Part shown: positions 49,468 to 59,691 of the stretch, one piece after another
How the letters are laid out: each line of letters opens with the position of its first letter
Position numbering within the stretch: the stretch's first letter is position 1
From: Cyanobacteria bacterium P01_D01_bin.156
GTDB lineage: Bacteria > Cyanobacteriota > Cyanobacteriia > Phormidesmidales > Phormidesmidaceae
NCBI GenBank assembly: GCA_039024555.1
Contig: JBCCQQ010000024.1
Location: 1-64,000 of the forward strand
Direction: 5' to 3'
Length of the DNA: 64,000 nucleotides
The notes under the pieces: model-generated
What the model was told of the DNA's origin: nothing
The model's database searches: none
Seen by the model: only the letters and a program-made list of their open reading frames with translations
Made by a program: the position numbers and the translations under genes

Positions 49468-49911
49468 TTACCCTCCAATTTGAACAGTAGGGCAACCCAT
49501 CATGATGGTGTTAGGTGCTGGAGCTAAAATCTCTTGAATAGTGTCACCTTGGCGACAAGCAGGTAAACCATTAATCATTACGGTTGTACTACCCGTAATG
49601 ACAAATCCTGGACCATCAACTGTTACGGGACTAGAAGGCTGGGCACATGCATGAATATCAGCTCCGCCTCCAGCTGCTAGCATGGCTTCCTCTGCTGCTG
49701 CTTGCTGAGCGGCGCCAGCTTCTTCTTCAGTTTGCCCTTCTTCAGGTTCAGGAGCTGGAGGTGGCTCAGGTAAACTTGCACCTGCAGGTAAACCTCGCCA
49801 AGCCGGCAGTCCGCCAATTTTTACATCTGGACTACCTGGACCTGGCAGCAGTACACCAGGTAGAGGATGTGCAACTTTATCACCAAGCCGAGCAGCAGGT
49901 TTTCCCATCAT
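49468..49911 (-). CDS. PAAR spike-tip protein
   Basis: KPAARLGD, GSPDVKIGGLPAWR, GSTTVMINGLPACRQGD, GCPTVQIGG; Pro/Glu-rich insertion. Confidence 0.92.
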   Translation of the reverse strand: MMGKPAARLGDKVAHPLPGVLLPGPGSPDVKIGGLPAWRGLPAGASLPEPPPAPEPEEGQTEEEAGAAQQAAAEEAMLAAGGGADIHACAQPSSPVTVDGPGFVITGSTTVMINGLPACRQGDTIQEILAPAPNTIMMGCPTVQIGG

Positions 49912-49960
49912 GAGTACCTCAGTTTCAACAAAAATAACCTAATAAAAACATTACAGACTC

Positions 49961-51673
49961 TTAATTAAGCATGATCATTTTTCCGTTAATGGTTATCTGA
50001 CCTTTGGCTTGAATAGAAATATCTCCTGTTGAGTTCATAGCAATACTCTTTCCTTTATCGTTTAGGCAGAGCTTATGCCCACCTGACGTAGTCAGCTCCA
50101 TCATTTGGCCACTATCATTTAAACTTAATTTGTGGCCCCCTGTAGTCTCTATGTAGACCCCAGCCTTAGTATCTTGATCTTCTTCAACAAACTGAATTTT
50201 ATGCCCTGTTCGGGTTTGAATGGTCCTTAAGCGAACTTTGCCATCCTGCACATTTTTACTAACAGGATTCGGCGGAGCATCCGCTCCGTTCCACACCCCT
50301 CCCAGAATGTAGGGGCGATGAATATCTCCATGCTCAAAGGCGACTAAAACTTCATCATCAATTTCTGGTAGACAGTCAAACCCTCGACTGTTACCTGCCC
50401 CCATACTGACTACACGAGCCCAGTTGCTGTTGTGTTCTTCAGTTAATGTGGGAAATTTTACCTTCACACGACCCAGCTCATCCGGATCCTCATTGTCAGT
50501 GACAATGCCTACCAATAGTGTTTGCCCTGGACGCAGCGGAGATTCGGGTGTTAAGCGCTCTGTTAAATCGCCACCCCGTAAACCGCGCACACTAAATTCA
50601 GTATCATAGACGCGACTGATATAGGTATGACGGGTTTCTGTTACGTAGTATTCACCAGTGTAGGGACCTAATTCTTTTAACTCGACCATGCGGCCAGGAC
50701 GAATTTCAGGATTTCCCTCGGCTATGGCATCCCCCATGACAAACTGTCCGCTGATTTCATCACAGACAGCCTGGGCCATGGCGTCAGCCTCTTTGCGTTT
50801 AAAGACGGGCTGATCGACAACAATTCGTTTCGGTTCCTGTGGCTTTTCAAACGCCTGACTAACCTTGATGCCAGACTCTTCGGAACTCTCGATCTTCGTT
50901 AGCAGCTGTTCTTTATCAGCAGTCGCCACAATCGATTCTTTTGTGGTGTAGTCCCAGCCTCGCACCTCTACGGATTTTACCTGTTCTGCACTGGTAATCT
51001 GAACATGAAAACTGCGAACATCTTGCAGCCAGGTGAGTTCTAGAGTTTGTTCAGATTTAGGTTTCCGAAAGTTGAGCTTGCCATCGCGAACAAATAGCTC
51101 AAACCCAATACGGGCAGCTCGATGGCGTAAAAAGGCCATATTGGTTTGGTTCTCTTGAAAAATATAATCGTGGGGTTCGCCGCTATCATCCAGCTGATCA
51201 AGTTCAATTCCTACTTCATCAGCAATTTTTTCGACCACATCGCTATCGGTCATATTCTGAAACGAGCGACTATGATAGCCTCGATGGAGCCGGTGGGAGT
51301 GATCGTAAGCTTTAATAATGATTGGAGCTTGGGTTTGCTCTGTAAATTGGGTTTCTATGCCAGTAATCTCTCCTTGGAAAAGAGGATCAAGGTTTTCAGG
51401 TTCAGATTTCTTTTTGTTTTGTGTCTTGGATTCAATTTGACTGGCACTTAATGATATAGCAATAGGCTTTCCAATTCGAAAGGGTTCTTGCCGTTCCCAT
51501 GGTTCATCTTTAGATGAGCCAGATTGATAGTCATTACGAATGACTAATGTTAGATTACCAGGACGATGCAAACTCTCTTCAACAATAATTTGAAGGACAT
51601 TTTCTAAGATATCTTTTGATACCTTCTCATTATCCACTTTGATATCAGGTAGAGAGTGATAGTTGGTCGCCAT
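49961..51673 (-). CDS. VgrG-like spike protein (Afp8-like)
   Basis: AYDHSHRL.RG..RSF, Q.NQTNM.FL, GIVTDNEDP..LGRVKVKFP, WARV, PEIDDEVLVAFEHGD. Confidence 0.93.
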   Translation of the reverse strand: MATNYHSLPDIKVDNEKVSKDILENVLQIIVEESLHRPGNLTLVIRNDYQSGSSKDEPWERQEPFRIGKPIAISLSASQIESKTQNKKKSEPENLDPLFQGEITGIETQFTEQTQAPIIIKAYDHSHRLHRGYHSRSFQNMTDSDVVEKIADEVGIELDQLDDSGEPHDYIFQENQTNMAFLRHRAARIGFELFVRDGKLNFRKPKSEQTLELTWLQDVRSFHVQITSAEQVKSVEVRGWDYTTKESIVATADKEQLLTKIESSEESGIKVSQAFEKPQEPKRIVVDQPVFKRKEADAMAQAVCDEISGQFVMGDAIAEGNPEIRPGRMVELKELGPYTGEYYVTETRHTYISRVYDTEFSVRGLRGGDLTERLTPESPLRPGQTLLVGIVTDNEDPDELGRVKVKFPTLTEEHNSNWARVVSMGAGNSRGFDCLPEIDDEVLVAFEHGDIHRPYILGGVWNGADAPPNPVSKNVQDGKVRLRTIQTRTGHKIQFVEEDQDTKAGVYIETTGGHKLSLNDSGQMMELTTSGGHKLCLNDKGKSIAMNSTGDISIQAKGQITINGKMIMLN

Positions 51674-51764
51674 AGAGATGCTGCAGAAGGTGACACATTT
51701 GATTGCTACTGAGCTTATAATGAATTAATATTTATCACTTTTATGAGTGTTGGAATAATTATTC

Positions 51765-52301
51765 TTAGCTACGAGTTTGCCGATTATCACCCGTAGGGTT
51801 TGGCGATGTCTCTCTTTGTTGATCTGCCCTATCTGATGGTTTTTCAGCTTCCTTAAGACCTAAAGTTTCAATTACAGCTCGTACTGGGGTACCATCAGGC
51901 ATGAATTTTGTAAGACGATAGTTTAACTGCGCAATAAAGCATTCTGCTAAATAATCATTATGAGGACCCCACTGAAAAAGATACGTTGGAGGATGCTGCT
52001 CATTGTCCTTATTCTTAGTGAACGTAACAGCATCAATGAAATTCTGAAGATATGTTGTTATGACATCCTTTCCTGTTTCATAAGTGTCAAACCAAATATC
52101 CTTAATAATGAGTTCCTTGGGTGGTAAATCACTAAAGCTAACCCAAGGACGTCCAGATACTTCTGAACGAGCACCAGGATTATCGACTGTATTAACCTTG
52201 TTAACAAATGAAAGTTCCTTCGGGTTAAACATAAATACAAGTTCTGTAGGAGCACCTGTACGAGGAACAAGCTTTGCTTTAGTGAGTGTGGGTTCGGCCA
52301 T
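51765..52301 (-). CDS. CIS tube-initiator protein (Afp7-like)
   Basis: FMFNPKEL, WFDTYE, PPTYLFQWG, TKFMPDGTPVRA. Confidence 0.85.
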   Translation of the reverse strand: MAEPTLTKAKLVPRTGAPTELVFMFNPKELSFVNKVNTVDNPGARSEVSGRPWVSFSDLPPKELIIKDIWFDTYETGKDVITTYLQNFIDAVTFTKNKDNEQHPPTYLFQWGPHNDYLAECFIAQLNYRLTKFMPDGTPVRAVIETLGLKEAEKPSDRADQQRETSPNPTGDNRQTRS

Positions 52302-52326
52302 GGTGTGATCGCAAACTAACTAACAA

Positions 52327-55053
52327 CTAAATAAACCTAGACAACCGAGCACTACGTTCGAAATTTTGGCGTAGCCGGTTTTGTAACTGTAGCCGCACGT
52401 GGGTGGCTAGCTGGTGCATGGGAGGAGGCCACAAGGCCAGGGGTAGATGAGTTATTTTATTCTGTTCCGACTGAATTGGTATCAGACTAGGGCTAGCCCG
52501 TTGAAAGTTAGAGGAGGTTAGTTGAGATTGCCCCCCCCGATCATTTCGTAGTTCACCATACAAAATATACGCCAACTGCCACAGTATCCGATCCTCCTCC
52601 TCACCAGACGATCCATGGGCGCTTCCCTCCTCAGCCAACTCAACTGTAGTATCAGGAACTGATAGTGACACGGTCTGCATTTGAGGCTCATGAGCCTCAA
52701 TATCGTCTGTTTCAGCAGCCGGAGTTTCTAACCCCTGTAGAGCATTCTCTCTACCTGAGGTTAAGGACGCCGGAGACCAGAAGCTATCATCTGGTTCATC
52801 TAAACCATATTTAGACGAGAGTGCCGCTAGTTTAGGAGACAGTAACCCCGTCTCTTGTACTTGGGATTGCGTTTTCTGTATGGCTGGTAAATCGGTAATG
52901 TCTGCTGACACCGTTTCTGGCAGTGGGTTAGGACTCTCCTTGAATGCATCAACCAATAGTTCATGCATTCCCAACGGTTGAATCGCTGGGGCCGATAACA
53001 GTTTTGCTTGAATGGGAGGAAGATCTGCGGGTGCCGATACTTGCGGTGAAACCTCTTGTCTGTCAGCTGACTCTGATTCACCCCGTGATGCACTGTCGTC
53101 AGATTGTGTAGAGGGTGCAGGCGACTGCTGCAACTGGGCCTGTAGATTTGCTTCGTTTTGAGAAGACAGTGTTTCGTCTGGCGATATGTTCTGAGCTCCT
53201 TCTACAGGAAAAGGAGGGGAGATTTGCTCAGGGTCAACCCTGGCCTCCAGGAAAGGTTGCTCAGGAGAGGTTGGTAATGCCTCAACCTGTTTTTGCTGTA
53301 TGGTTTGTTCAGGGGGGGCAACGTGATGTGGTAGCTGAGTTTCAGGAGCAGAAAGCTCAGAGATTTTTGACTCCTGGGATAAGTCAGGTGACTCTAACGG
53401 TTGAAATGTTTCTGTGGGCTCAGAACTGGGGGGAGATGTCTCCGGCAGGGCTAAATGTTGAGCTTGTACATCAGTCAGCTTTGCAGTACTAATATCGTTT
53501 GGCCTATTCTTAGGGGGAACCTCTTGAGCCGATATTTCTGGCATCCCCTGAGGGGTATCGACAGGGGCAGAATCATTATCAGATAAGGGCAACTCTACAG
53601 CAGGCTGATATAAATCCTCAGATTGGTCTGGTGCTGGCTGAGCGTCGCTAAATTGCTCAGCCCTAGATTGAACAGATTGAACAACGTCTACGCCATCATT
53701 GGCAGTAGATTCAGAACGCCGTTGCAGAGCGTTTGGGCCATCGGCGGCAGGAGTTACAGAACCTGGTTCGAGTTTAGGAGACTCAGAGAAAGATTGCAGT
53801 TCACCTAAAGCAGGCTGAATAACAGCTGGCAATTCTTCCGAAACAGGTTGAATTGGCGGTGATAGTTCTGGGGATTCGATATCAGGGTCAGATTGCTCAG
53901 CAGACGATCGTTGTAGGGATGACTGGGATTGCTGTGTAACATCCGGACCCACATTAGGGGTAACATCCGTTGTTTCTATGGGGGGGCTGGCTGGAACAAT
54001 TTCATCTGTATCGGGTAGCGATGAGGATTTTGGGTTGACCTCTATGGGAGTAACATCAGTAATCTGGCTGTCCAAGCGATCGGTGGATGTCTCAATATCA
54101 GGAGAAACCGCTGGGGAGCGTTGAATAGGATCAACTATCTCTGTAATATCGGTGGTAAGAGCATCAGCTATGCTAGAACTCTCTTGCGTTGGTTCTGGAT
54201 CTAGCGGAGCATTATTGTCAGATAGGAGGGCAGCTTGCTGATTGTCCGCAAGCTCGACCTCAGATGATGGAAGGGAAGGACTACGCTGAATAGGTGTAGG
54301 GTTGTCTACTGTCTCAGTGCCTATAGGAGCATCCTCAACAGCATCGGCTGCAGAAATTTCAGCTCTATTAATGTGGTCTGAGGTAAGTGCTGCTTCAGGA
54401 GCTATTGAGACAGTAACATTACTTGGAGTTTGGGATTGTTGAGCAATAGAACTCTCGGGTTCAGTGGATGTTGCAGCGGAGCGGGGGTGAATAGGCGGGG
54501 CAATATCTGCAGGGGGTTCTGTAATGACAGGTTGGTTAAACCCAAGGGGCTGATGCTGGCCAAGGGGCTGTCGCTGCAGCGGGCTGATTGCGGGTAAAGT
54601 ATTTGCTGAAATATCCTCAGCTTGATTCTCCGCTAATCTTTCTATTGTTAAGGAAATTGTTTTCTCAGAGATAGTGTCTGAAACATCACTATCTTTTGGA
54701 CTAGCGGCTGACTGCTCTATCTGGAAAGAACTCTCACTTGATTCTTGCCTGAGGGGTTGAATATCTGGCTGCGGAGTCAGAGAAGTTTGCTGGAGCTCGC
54801 TAAATAGTGGACTTGTAGCATCTATGCCATCTGTAAAGTTGGAAAATCCTGAACCATCTCCTAATTCGGCAGGTAATCCTACCAGTTGAGCTGCCTGACG
54901 TAGTGGTTTAGTTTGAACTGATGATGGTTGGTCTGTTTTAAATAAATGACCTAAAGGATATACCTGCCATTGAGTATGCCTGTGGGAAGGATGCCACCCA
55001 AGCGGAGGGAAACTAGGATCAATTGAGGAGGACTCTGCTGGGATAGTGGCCAT
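52327..55053 (-). CDS. Large low-complexity (P/S/E/Q-rich) eCIS protein; candidate tape-measure or lumenal protein
   Basis: 908 aa, probably disordered, short helical C-terminus; between tube and tube-initiator genes; TAATG overlap with the tube gene. Confidence 0.65.
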   Translation of the reverse strand: MATIPAESSSIDPSFPPLGWHPSHRHTQWQVYPLGHLFKTDQPSSVQTKPLRQAAQLVGLPAELGDGSGFSNFTDGIDATSPLFSELQQTSLTPQPDIQPLRQESSESSFQIEQSAASPKDSDVSDTISEKTISLTIERLAENQAEDISANTLPAISPLQRQPLGQHQPLGFNQPVITEPPADIAPPIHPRSAATSTEPESSIAQQSQTPSNVTVSIAPEAALTSDHINRAEISAADAVEDAPIGTETVDNPTPIQRSPSLPSSEVELADNQQAALLSDNNAPLDPEPTQESSSIADALTTDITEIVDPIQRSPAVSPDIETSTDRLDSQITDVTPIEVNPKSSSLPDTDEIVPASPPIETTDVTPNVGPDVTQQSQSSLQRSSAEQSDPDIESPELSPPIQPVSEELPAVIQPALGELQSFSESPKLEPGSVTPAADGPNALQRRSESTANDGVDVVQSVQSRAEQFSDAQPAPDQSEDLYQPAVELPLSDNDSAPVDTPQGMPEISAQEVPPKNRPNDISTAKLTDVQAQHLALPETSPPSSEPTETFQPLESPDLSQESKISELSAPETQLPHHVAPPEQTIQQKQVEALPTSPEQPFLEARVDPEQISPPFPVEGAQNISPDETLSSQNEANLQAQLQQSPAPSTQSDDSASRGESESADRQEVSPQVSAPADLPPIQAKLLSAPAIQPLGMHELLVDAFKESPNPLPETVSADITDLPAIQKTQSQVQETGLLSPKLAALSSKYGLDEPDDSFWSPASLTSGRENALQGLETPAAETDDIEAHEPQMQTVSLSVPDTTVELAEEGSAHGSSGEEEDRILWQLAYILYGELRNDRGGQSQLTSSNFQRASPSLIPIQSEQNKITHLPLALWPPPMHQLATHVRLQLQNRLRQNFERSARLSRFI

Positions 55054-55553
55054 TAGTTATCTCCCACAAAGTATCCTGTATCCGTCCTGCCTTTGGTGTG
55101 TTTATCAGTATCACCACCCTCTTTATCGATTTTTAATCCTTCGTAGGCCAGCGTGAGTTCCTCTAGGGCAACGCTCTCTGCACTTGCCTGCAGAGCATCC
55201 GCTTTCCACCCCACCGGGATTGCCCCTACTAAAGTCCAAGCTTGCATAGTGTCACCCGCCTGGTTAAAAAGCAAAATGCTAACATTTCGCCGTTGTTGTG
55301 AGGTATTGGTGAGAACGGCTTTGATCCATTGCCAAAAGTCCGCGTTATCAGTAATGCCACGCTTAAGAACAACATTAGAAAACTCAGGATTGTCCAGAAA
55401 AAAGCGCTGCTGACCGTTAACACCTCCTTCTACAATAGACTGGGTTTTTAGGGTGACACCAATGCCTGAACATTCACTAAATGAAGCGGAAATTAAACCA
55501 TCAATTTCCACATAGAAACGATTGGCGGTGACATAGTTAAAGGTTTCTGTCAT
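55053..55553 (-). CDS. Tail tube protein (T4 gp19-like)
   Basis: RFYVEIDG..ASFSECSG, VVLKRG, W...A.P.GW....L.A....VALEELTLAYEG. Confidence 0.9.
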   Translation of the reverse strand: MTETFNYVTANRFYVEIDGLISASFSECSGIGVTLKTQSIVEGGVNGQQRFFLDNPEFSNVVLKRGITDNADFWQWIKAVLTNTSQQRRNVSILLFNQAGDTMQAWTLVGAIPVGWKADALQASAESVALEELTLAYEGLKIDKEGGDTDKHTKGRTDTGYFVGDN

Positions 55554-55686
55554 GAGGGCCTCCCCATCAGCTCTTTTTGCAGACGCTGATCAGCTTTAAG
55601 CAAGTAAACTATGCGATCGCACAGTTTACCCATCAAAACTGGATCCTGTAATACCTTTTTTGCTAGAGCCTCTATCTGCTGAGGAG

Positions 55687-58212
55687 TCATGGCGTACCTC
55701 CTTGAGCCATAGGGCTCCAGATCATTCGCCGAATATTTTTCATAGGTAATACTGGTACCACCCCGACTTCGCTAAGTAGATATTGACCTTCTGGTGTAAG
55801 CAACTTATCGACCATCAGCTGCCCTTTTGCACATCCTTCTGCATAGCGATCGCACGCCTCAGCATTGGTTGGAAGATGATAGGCCACCGACATTTCATAC
55901 GCTAGGGGGTAGGTAACATTTGCCTCCTGAAACGGACGGTCATTTACCCAATAGGTCCCTTTATCACCACACAAATCAGTTGATGGATCAATGGGTTTAC
56001 CTTCGCTATTGGTAAGTAGATGATGGGTCTGACTCCCTTCAACAATTGCCAAGGGATAAACAGAACACTGTCCCATCACCTGACTGATACGATTAAAGCC
56101 AATTCCGATAATATCGTCCCTCTCTATTCCAGTATTAGCTTCAAAATCTCTCACCATGCGCTCATACATATTATTTTCACGCCGCTTGGTTTGATATCGG
56201 GATTCGGTCCGAGGAAACCGATTTTCCGCGAGCCTACGCTGGTCGAATACTGTTCTGTCAACATCGCTATCAAATACAATGTCCCTTAGAAAATCAATAG
56301 TACGCTCATCCTCGGGCCAATAAATTTGCACCCTCGCTCCATCCAAAGGTGCATTGGGGTCTAATAGCACCCGGCGTAACTGTTCTAAACTAATGCGGCC
56401 CTGTAGTCGTTGAGGAATACTATCCTGTCGTTGGGGATTACTATGGGTAACAAATATAGCGATGCCATCATAGCCAACCACACGTTTTATCAGGTCGCTA
56501 GGTAACTCAGGTACAGGTAGGTTAAGAGTTGTTTGAATAAACGCAACATCCAAACTCTCTGTACGAACATATTCCAACAATAAGTTTCTAGAAATTAAAA
56601 CATTACGTGCTTTTTCTAAGGGGAGTGATGAATCTCTTTCTTCTAAGGTACGCTGAAGTTCGGTCGTACCAAACGATGAACCTGATCGAGATAATCCACT
56701 AGGAGAAGAGAGGGGAGATGTTAAGCGACTAAAAAAGGCTTTGCCCCAGGAGCTGTCTGCTTCAATACCGTAACGTATGGGATCTGTTAGAGCATAGGTT
56801 TCAACGTCAGCTAAGCGGCAAGGATTGTTGCATGCTACTATTTGGCGTTGCCCAGGTTTAAGGGACATCACTAACCAGGTAAGCAAAGACAGCAGAACTC
56901 CTCCTCCGAGCAATAGCAGGGGCACTGACAACAATGCAGATGTCCTTCTTCCAGAGCTCTCGTCCTCTTCTACGGCAACAGTAGTCGTCTGGGGTGAATC
57001 TGTTGATACGGAAGCAGTTTCTGGAAGTGTTTGTAATACTGAAATGGCACTTTCAATGGACTTAAATCCACCTGTTTCACCATGCCCCATAAGCTGTAGC
57101 ACATAGGGATAGAGGGTGCGTACACTATTATCTTCGGGCCATAGATTTAAATCTGCTGGATTATCTTCACTTTCATAGCCACGCACAAGGGCAAAGGCTA
57201 TGTGAGCCAATGTGTGTAAATCATCATCGATAGAACCGATCTCCCAATTATGCTGCGGGATAGATGTGTTTTGAGGCCAGAACAGTTGTTCCCACAGGGG
57301 AAAGCGACCCAAGTAAACAAAAAATGGTGATTGCTTCAGCTCAGTATAACCATCTGGCAAACGGAGCCAGAGACAGTCACTAGATAGATTGCCATGGGAT
57401 AAGCCTTGTTCCCAACGATCGCCGGGCCAGTTAACGAGATAGGTTTGTAAATACTGTAGCGATTGTAAAACCTGAGTAAGAAAACGTTCTATTTCGAACC
57501 GATTCCACGGGACAGGGTTTTGGGTGAGAAACTCATCTAGAGTGTGGCTATGGGGAACAGGACGAGTAATTAAGTAAATACAGTTATCGGCAGGCTTAAT
57601 CACATCTTTAGGACGAATAATTCTGAAATCTGCTCCACCCCCTAATCGCAGATTGAGGTCAACTAAGTGCTTGAATCGTTGTTTACGTTCATCGACCTCA
57701 TCCTCTGACCAGCTATCCTTATCTAAACAGTATTCATATATCCAAACCGGCTCCCCACCATTGTCCTGCAAACCGTCATAACAGCGCATCCAGTCATAGG
57801 TACATATACAGGATTTTATGGTGTATACTCCCCACCATCCGCCCTGTAACCGTTCACCGGGCTGTAACACAGGTGCAGTAAAGAGAAGTGCATTTTGGGG
57901 TTCTGTAGCCGTATGAGGTAAATGTGTTAGCGGGACAGTTTGTCGTGAATCTACCTCAAAATATGTTTGAGAACCTGCTGGTCCAGCAGGTTCTGAAGTG
58001 AATGCTCTTGGAGACTCAACTGACTGAACAGGCTGTTCTTGACTTTGATCTCGATCTTCAGTGTTCTCACTTCCCAATGAGGCTTTTCCATAGGCCAGCA
58101 TGAGCCGTTTTCGTCCCCACTGCCAAGCCATTTGCACAGGATTTCGAGCCAAGTTTTGCCCTTCACTAATGCGCCGCCGCGCCTGGTTCACTAACTCAGA
58201 TAGTCTGACCAT
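55687..58212 (-). CDS. Pseudokinase-like domain + TM helix + PstS-like periplasmic-binding domain
   Basis: FLTQVLQSLQYL..HGNL (HRD site degenerate), DDLHTLA; TM LLSVPLLLLGGGVLLSLLTWLV; VVGYDGIAIFV, YPLAY, LLTPEGQYLLSEVG. Confidence 0.75.
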   Translation of the reverse strand: MVRLSELVNQARRRISEGQNLARNPVQMAWQWGRKRLMLAYGKASLGSENTEDRDQSQEQPVQSVESPRAFTSEPAGPAGSQTYFEVDSRQTVPLTHLPHTATEPQNALLFTAPVLQPGERLQGGWWGVYTIKSCICTYDWMRCYDGLQDNGGEPVWIYEYCLDKDSWSEDEVDERKQRFKHLVDLNLRLGGGADFRIIRPKDVIKPADNCIYLITRPVPHSHTLDEFLTQNPVPWNRFEIERFLTQVLQSLQYLQTYLVNWPGDRWEQGLSHGNLSSDCLWLRLPDGYTELKQSPFFVYLGRFPLWEQLFWPQNTSIPQHNWEIGSIDDDLHTLAHIAFALVRGYESEDNPADLNLWPEDNSVRTLYPYVLQLMGHGETGGFKSIESAISVLQTLPETASVSTDSPQTTTVAVEEDESSGRRTSALLSVPLLLLGGGVLLSLLTWLVMSLKPGQRQIVACNNPCRLADVETYALTDPIRYGIEADSSWGKAFFSRLTSPLSSPSGLSRSGSSFGTTELQRTLEERDSSLPLEKARNVLISRNLLLEYVRTESLDVAFIQTTLNLPVPELPSDLIKRVVGYDGIAIFVTHSNPQRQDSIPQRLQGRISLEQLRRVLLDPNAPLDGARVQIYWPEDERTIDFLRDIVFDSDVDRTVFDQRRLAENRFPRTESRYQTKRRENNMYERMVRDFEANTGIERDDIIGIGFNRISQVMGQCSVYPLAIVEGSQTHHLLTNSEGKPIDPSTDLCGDKGTYWVNDRPFQEANVTYPLAYEMSVAYHLPTNAEACDRYAEGCAKGQLMVDKLLTPEGQYLLSEVGVVPVLPMKNIRRMIWSPMAQGGTP

Positions 58213-58549
58213 GGGCTTCTCCAGAATCAGGGGCTGGGGGCTGGGTTGATGTTCCTAGTGGTGGCAGATCATTAATTTGGCGATACAGGGTGTAGAGATA
58301 ATTTAAATCAGCCGCGTATAAATCTTCAATGATGCGTGGAGTAATATCTGAAAGAGCCCCCAATTGAGTTACAACCCGCGATAGTACTAAAACTGTGGCA
58401 TAGGCAGGGTTTGCTTTAACCCTGGGATCGCGCATAGGAGTGATTTCATCGGCTGCCTTGGCCAGTCGCATTTTGCCCTTACGGTGAAGATTTCCTTCGC
58501 CATCGTAATAGCCTTTAGGTAGTGAGAAATCGAACTCCGTTTGAAACAT
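58196..58549 (-). CDS. eCIS tail-assembly-chaperone-like protein (paralog without CxxC)
   Basis: FQTEFDFSLPKGYYD.EGNLHRKG.MRLA.AADEI.P.RDPRV..NPAY; clearly homologous to 44983-45357. Confidence 0.82.
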   Translation of the reverse strand: MFQTEFDFSLPKGYYDGEGNLHRKGKMRLAKAADEITPMRDPRVKANPAYATVLVLSRVVTQLGALSDITPRIIEDLYAADLNYLYTLYRQINDLPPLGTSTQPPAPDSGEAHGQTI

Positions 58550-58594
58550 AAGGACATCTTAATTACAGAGAGATAATAAAGAGTGACAAACGTA

Positions 58595-59092
58595 CTATTG
58601 ACTACGGGTAAACCCATCTACGGCCAATTCCAGTTCTTCGATCGCCATCTCACTACTTTGAGCATTCATATCGGAAGTGCTATAGCGTGTTGGCCATGCA
58701 CCAGTAAAGTCAAACTTCGCTTTAACTGTACCAGCTTGGTCAAAAACATTTAGCGAGCCCGCTGAAACATGGTCACTATCCCATTTGCCCGATTCAATAT
58801 CCGTGAACCACTGCCACAGGGCTAAAGAATCTGTAAGGCCTCGTTTAAGAATAAGATTCTCTGTAGTAGAGCGACCTGGTATTTTGGTAGTGACTAATTG
58901 TCCCATCTTCGCATTCGCCCATTGACTTTTAGCAACTTCAACAATCTCGATGGCTTTTTGCTGTTTCTGAAATTTTTGACACTCTAGAAAGACCGCATCA
59001 ACTGTTTCATTACCTCCCTTTAACTTAACTGAAAGTTCGAAGTAAAACCGACTGGCCAGTAGTAGTTCGGATGGAAAATCAACGCTGGGCAA
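58595..59092 (-). CDS. Tail tube protein (T4 gp19-like)
   Basis: SRFYFE, LILKRG, LWQWF, GAWP.RY, MAIEELEL; TTG start after AGGAGG. Confidence 0.88.
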   Translation of the reverse strand: MPSVDFPSELLLASRFYFELSVKLKGGNETVDAVFLECQKFQKQQKAIEIVEVAKSQWANAKMGQLVTTKIPGRSTTENLILKRGLTDSLALWQWFTDIESGKWDSDHVSAGSLNVFDQAGTVKAKFDFTGAWPTRYSTSDMNAQSSEMAIEELELAVDGFTRSQ

Positions 59093-59134
59093 AAGCTGAC
59101 CTCCTACATAATTATCTTGTTCTTACCGATAAGG

Positions 59135-59593
59135 CTATTGCACGCGAGTAATCCCTTCATGCACTAACTCCAAGGTCTCATTGGCCATGTTACTATCACC
59201 AGCGGTGAAGCTAGGTCCTTCATATTTGCAAGGATAGGCATTAACCAACTCCCAGCGAGCTTGCATATTACCTGCTTGGTCATAGGCACTAACCGATGCA
59301 GCTTTACGATTGCTATCCCAGGCAGATGAACCGCCATCATTGGTGTTGCAGTTTTTATACCATTCGTACAAATCTACATCGGTGGTGGCCACCATCTTAA
59401 CGGTGACATTCGAAAACTTTTCTACCGTTGGTGTTGCCTGTCGAACCCGTACACCACTTTTACCAGAACCATGCACACCCCCGTCTCCAGCAACCGGAGA
59501 TTCTACAGATAATCCAGCGACTTCTAGTACGAGCTTCTCCGATACACCGTCGGCTTCAAAGTAAAACCGACATGCCGTTAATAGTTCAGCCAT
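59135..59593 (-). CDS. Tail tube protein (T4 gp19-like)
   Basis: CRFYFE, LYEWY, RWELVNAYPCKY, ETLELVHEGITR. Confidence 0.88.
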   Translation of the reverse strand: MAELLTACRFYFEADGVSEKLVLEVAGLSVESPVAGDGGVHGSGKSGVRVRQATPTVEKFSNVTVKMVATTDVDLYEWYKNCNTNDGGSSAWDSNRKAASVSAYDQAGNMQARWELVNAYPCKYEGPSFTAGDSNMANETLELVHEGITRVQ

Positions 59594-59629
59594 AGGTTAT
59601 TTCGTGTCTCCTCATGTGTAAAAACAGCT

Positions 59630-59678
59630 TTCTTACAGTAGAGAGAGGGTCATAAGTAATCTCTCTCTACTGTAAGAA
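59630..59678 (-). promoter_or_regulatory. 18-bp perfect-stem hairpin between sheath and first tube gene
   Basis: TTCTTACAGTAGAGAGAG (59630-59647) / CTCTCTCTACTGTAAGAA (59661-59678). Confidence 0.65.
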
Positions 59679-59691
59679 TCTCTCTAATTTT

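Noticed and set aside
58196..58225. Frameshift fusion of the second chaperone to the pseudokinase gene
   Set aside because: The downstream gene has its own ATG in the +1 frame and there is no clear slippery heptamer; an ordinary overlap.
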